From the IMG/VR virus record IMGVR_UViG_3300051215_000040, positions 1 to 54,326 of that record: 54,326 nt of DNA; one strand, given 5' to 3'. Under the pieces are notes generated by a model that worked only from the letters and a program-made list of their open reading frames with translations, ran no database searches and was not told the origin of the DNA. A program made the position numbers and the translations under genes. The DNA comes from a virus (lineage: Duplodnaviria; Caudoviricetes). Numbering within the stretch: position 1 is the stretch's first letter; each line of letters begins with the position of its first letter. Shown in pieces: positions 53,313 through 54,326 of this stretch.

Positions 53313-54326
53313 ATGACAAACACAAAAAAAACAGGGCAGAGGGACCCCATTTCCCTCGAGACAGCGGAGCGCATGCTCTCATTTGTTCGCGGCGTCGATG
53401 ACCGCGAGACCTGGGTGAAGATGGCCTTCATCCTCAAAGAAGAATTCGGCGAGCCCGCCTTCGAAGCGTGGGACGCCTGGAGCCAGCAAGGCTCCAACTA
53501 CAACCCCCGCGACTGCCGCGACGTCTGGAAGTCCTGCAAGCCAGGCACCGGCGCAAACCGCGCCACCGTCGGCACACTGATCGCCTTGGCCAAAGAGGGC
53601 GGCTACAAATCCACAGCCCAAGACCGCAAGCCCATCGACCCCGAGGACCAAGCCCGGCGAATCGCTGAGCGCGAGGCCCGCATGGCAGCCGAGGAGGCGC
53701 AGGCCAAAATCGACCGCGACGCCGCAGCCACCCGCGCCGCCGAGATGTGGGCGCGCGCCACGGTTGTCACCGCCCACCCCTACGTGCAGCGCAAGCTGAT
53801 CGAGCCCGAGGGCGCGCGGATGCTGGGCGAGGAGCTGCTCATCCCACTGCGCCACGGCCCCGGCGCACTGGTCGGCCTGCAGCGCATCAAGCCCGATGGT
53901 ACCAAGCTGTTCTTGAAGGGCACCCCCTCCGGCGGCGCTTACACCGTCCTTGGCCGCCCCGACAAGCAGGGCACCGTGGTGATCGCCGAGGGGTGGGCCA
54001 CGGCCTGCTCCATCCGCATGGCCACAGAGCACTGCGTGGTGGTCGCCTTCAACTCGGGCAACCTGGCCCCTGTCGCCCGCAAGATCCGCGCGGCGCTGCC
54101 GGACGCCCGGATGATCATTGCGGCCGATGACGACTTCCAGACCAAAGGCAACCCCGGCATCACCGACGCCCGCAAGACAGCCCGCGAGGTGAACGCACTG
54201 GTGGCCATCCCGGTGTGGGGCTTGAACCGTGGCACCGGTACCGACTTTAACGACCTGCACCTGGCCGATGGCCTAGCCGCCGTCGAGGACTGCATCATGA
54301 AGGCAGGCCCAGCGGACGAACCAACG
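53313..54326 (+). CDS. Primase-helicase, N-terminal part (PriCT-2 + TOPRIM); 3'-truncated at window edge (not in ORF track)
   Basis: Open frame to the window end: DDRETWVKM...WDAWSQ....Y...D...W.S (PriCT-2), HPY..RK, GLQRI..DG.K.F, VIAEGWATA...IIAADDD, TDFNDL (TOPRIM). Alternative in-frame ATG at 53304. Confidence 0.88.
   Translation, partial: MTNTKKTGQRDPISLETAERMLSFVRGVDDRETWVKMAFILKEEFGEPAFEAWDAWSQQGSNYNPRDCRDVWKSCKPGTGANRATVGTLIALAKEGGYKSTAQDRKPIDPEDQARRIAEREARMAAEEAQAKIDRDAAATRAAEMWARATVVTAHPYVQRKLIEPEGARMLGEELLIPLRHGPGALVGLQRIKPDGTKLFLKGTPSGGAYTVLGRPDKQGTVVIAEGWATACSIRMATEHCVVVAFNSGNLAPVARKIRAALPDARMIIAADDDFQTKGNPGITDARKTAREVNALVAIPVWGLNRGTGTDFNDLHLADGLAAVEDCIMKAGPADEPT

Noticed and set aside
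1-54326. tRNA genes, integrase/att site, DNA polymerase, alternative genetic code
   Set aside because: None recognised; genes read through intact with the standard code. A tRNAscan/HMM run would be needed to exclude divergent cases.

Overview
The window is almost certainly a near-complete, circularly permuted genome of a GC-rich, podovirus-like tailed phage, probably of a proteobacterial host (inferred). The primase-helicase gene is split across the two window ends. Layout: (i) 3' half of primase-helicase, a TGGCACA iteron cluster and a ParB-fused DNA methyltransferase; (ii) packaging and head module: terS, terL, an HNH, an 810-aa PcfJ-like multidomain protein, portal, GroES-like protein, a Tad2/DUF2829 + Gp49-family pair of putative anti-defence sponges, scaffold and a Mu gpT-like capsid; (iii) adaptors, two tail fibres, GH108 endolysin, 3TM holin, nozzle and four probable ejection proteins, ending at a terminator near 37.3 kb; (iv) a leftward early arm with YqaJ exonuclease, RecT, YfdP/YfdQ-like pair, Xis-like HTH, a GHKL ATPase and many small ORFs; (v) a rightward arm with a Cro-like HTH, SF2 helicase, HNH-AP2, VRR-NUC and the primase 5' half. 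I saw no integrase, CI repressor, DNA polymerase, tape measure, tRNA, CRISPR array or reverse transcriptase. The most notable unexplained signals are a recurrent [FYLMK]-A-x-G-G peptide tag in three virion-module proteins, the sponge pair inside the head operon, several structured non-coding elements and repeated regulatory motifs. All family assignments come from motif recognition by eye, not database searches.
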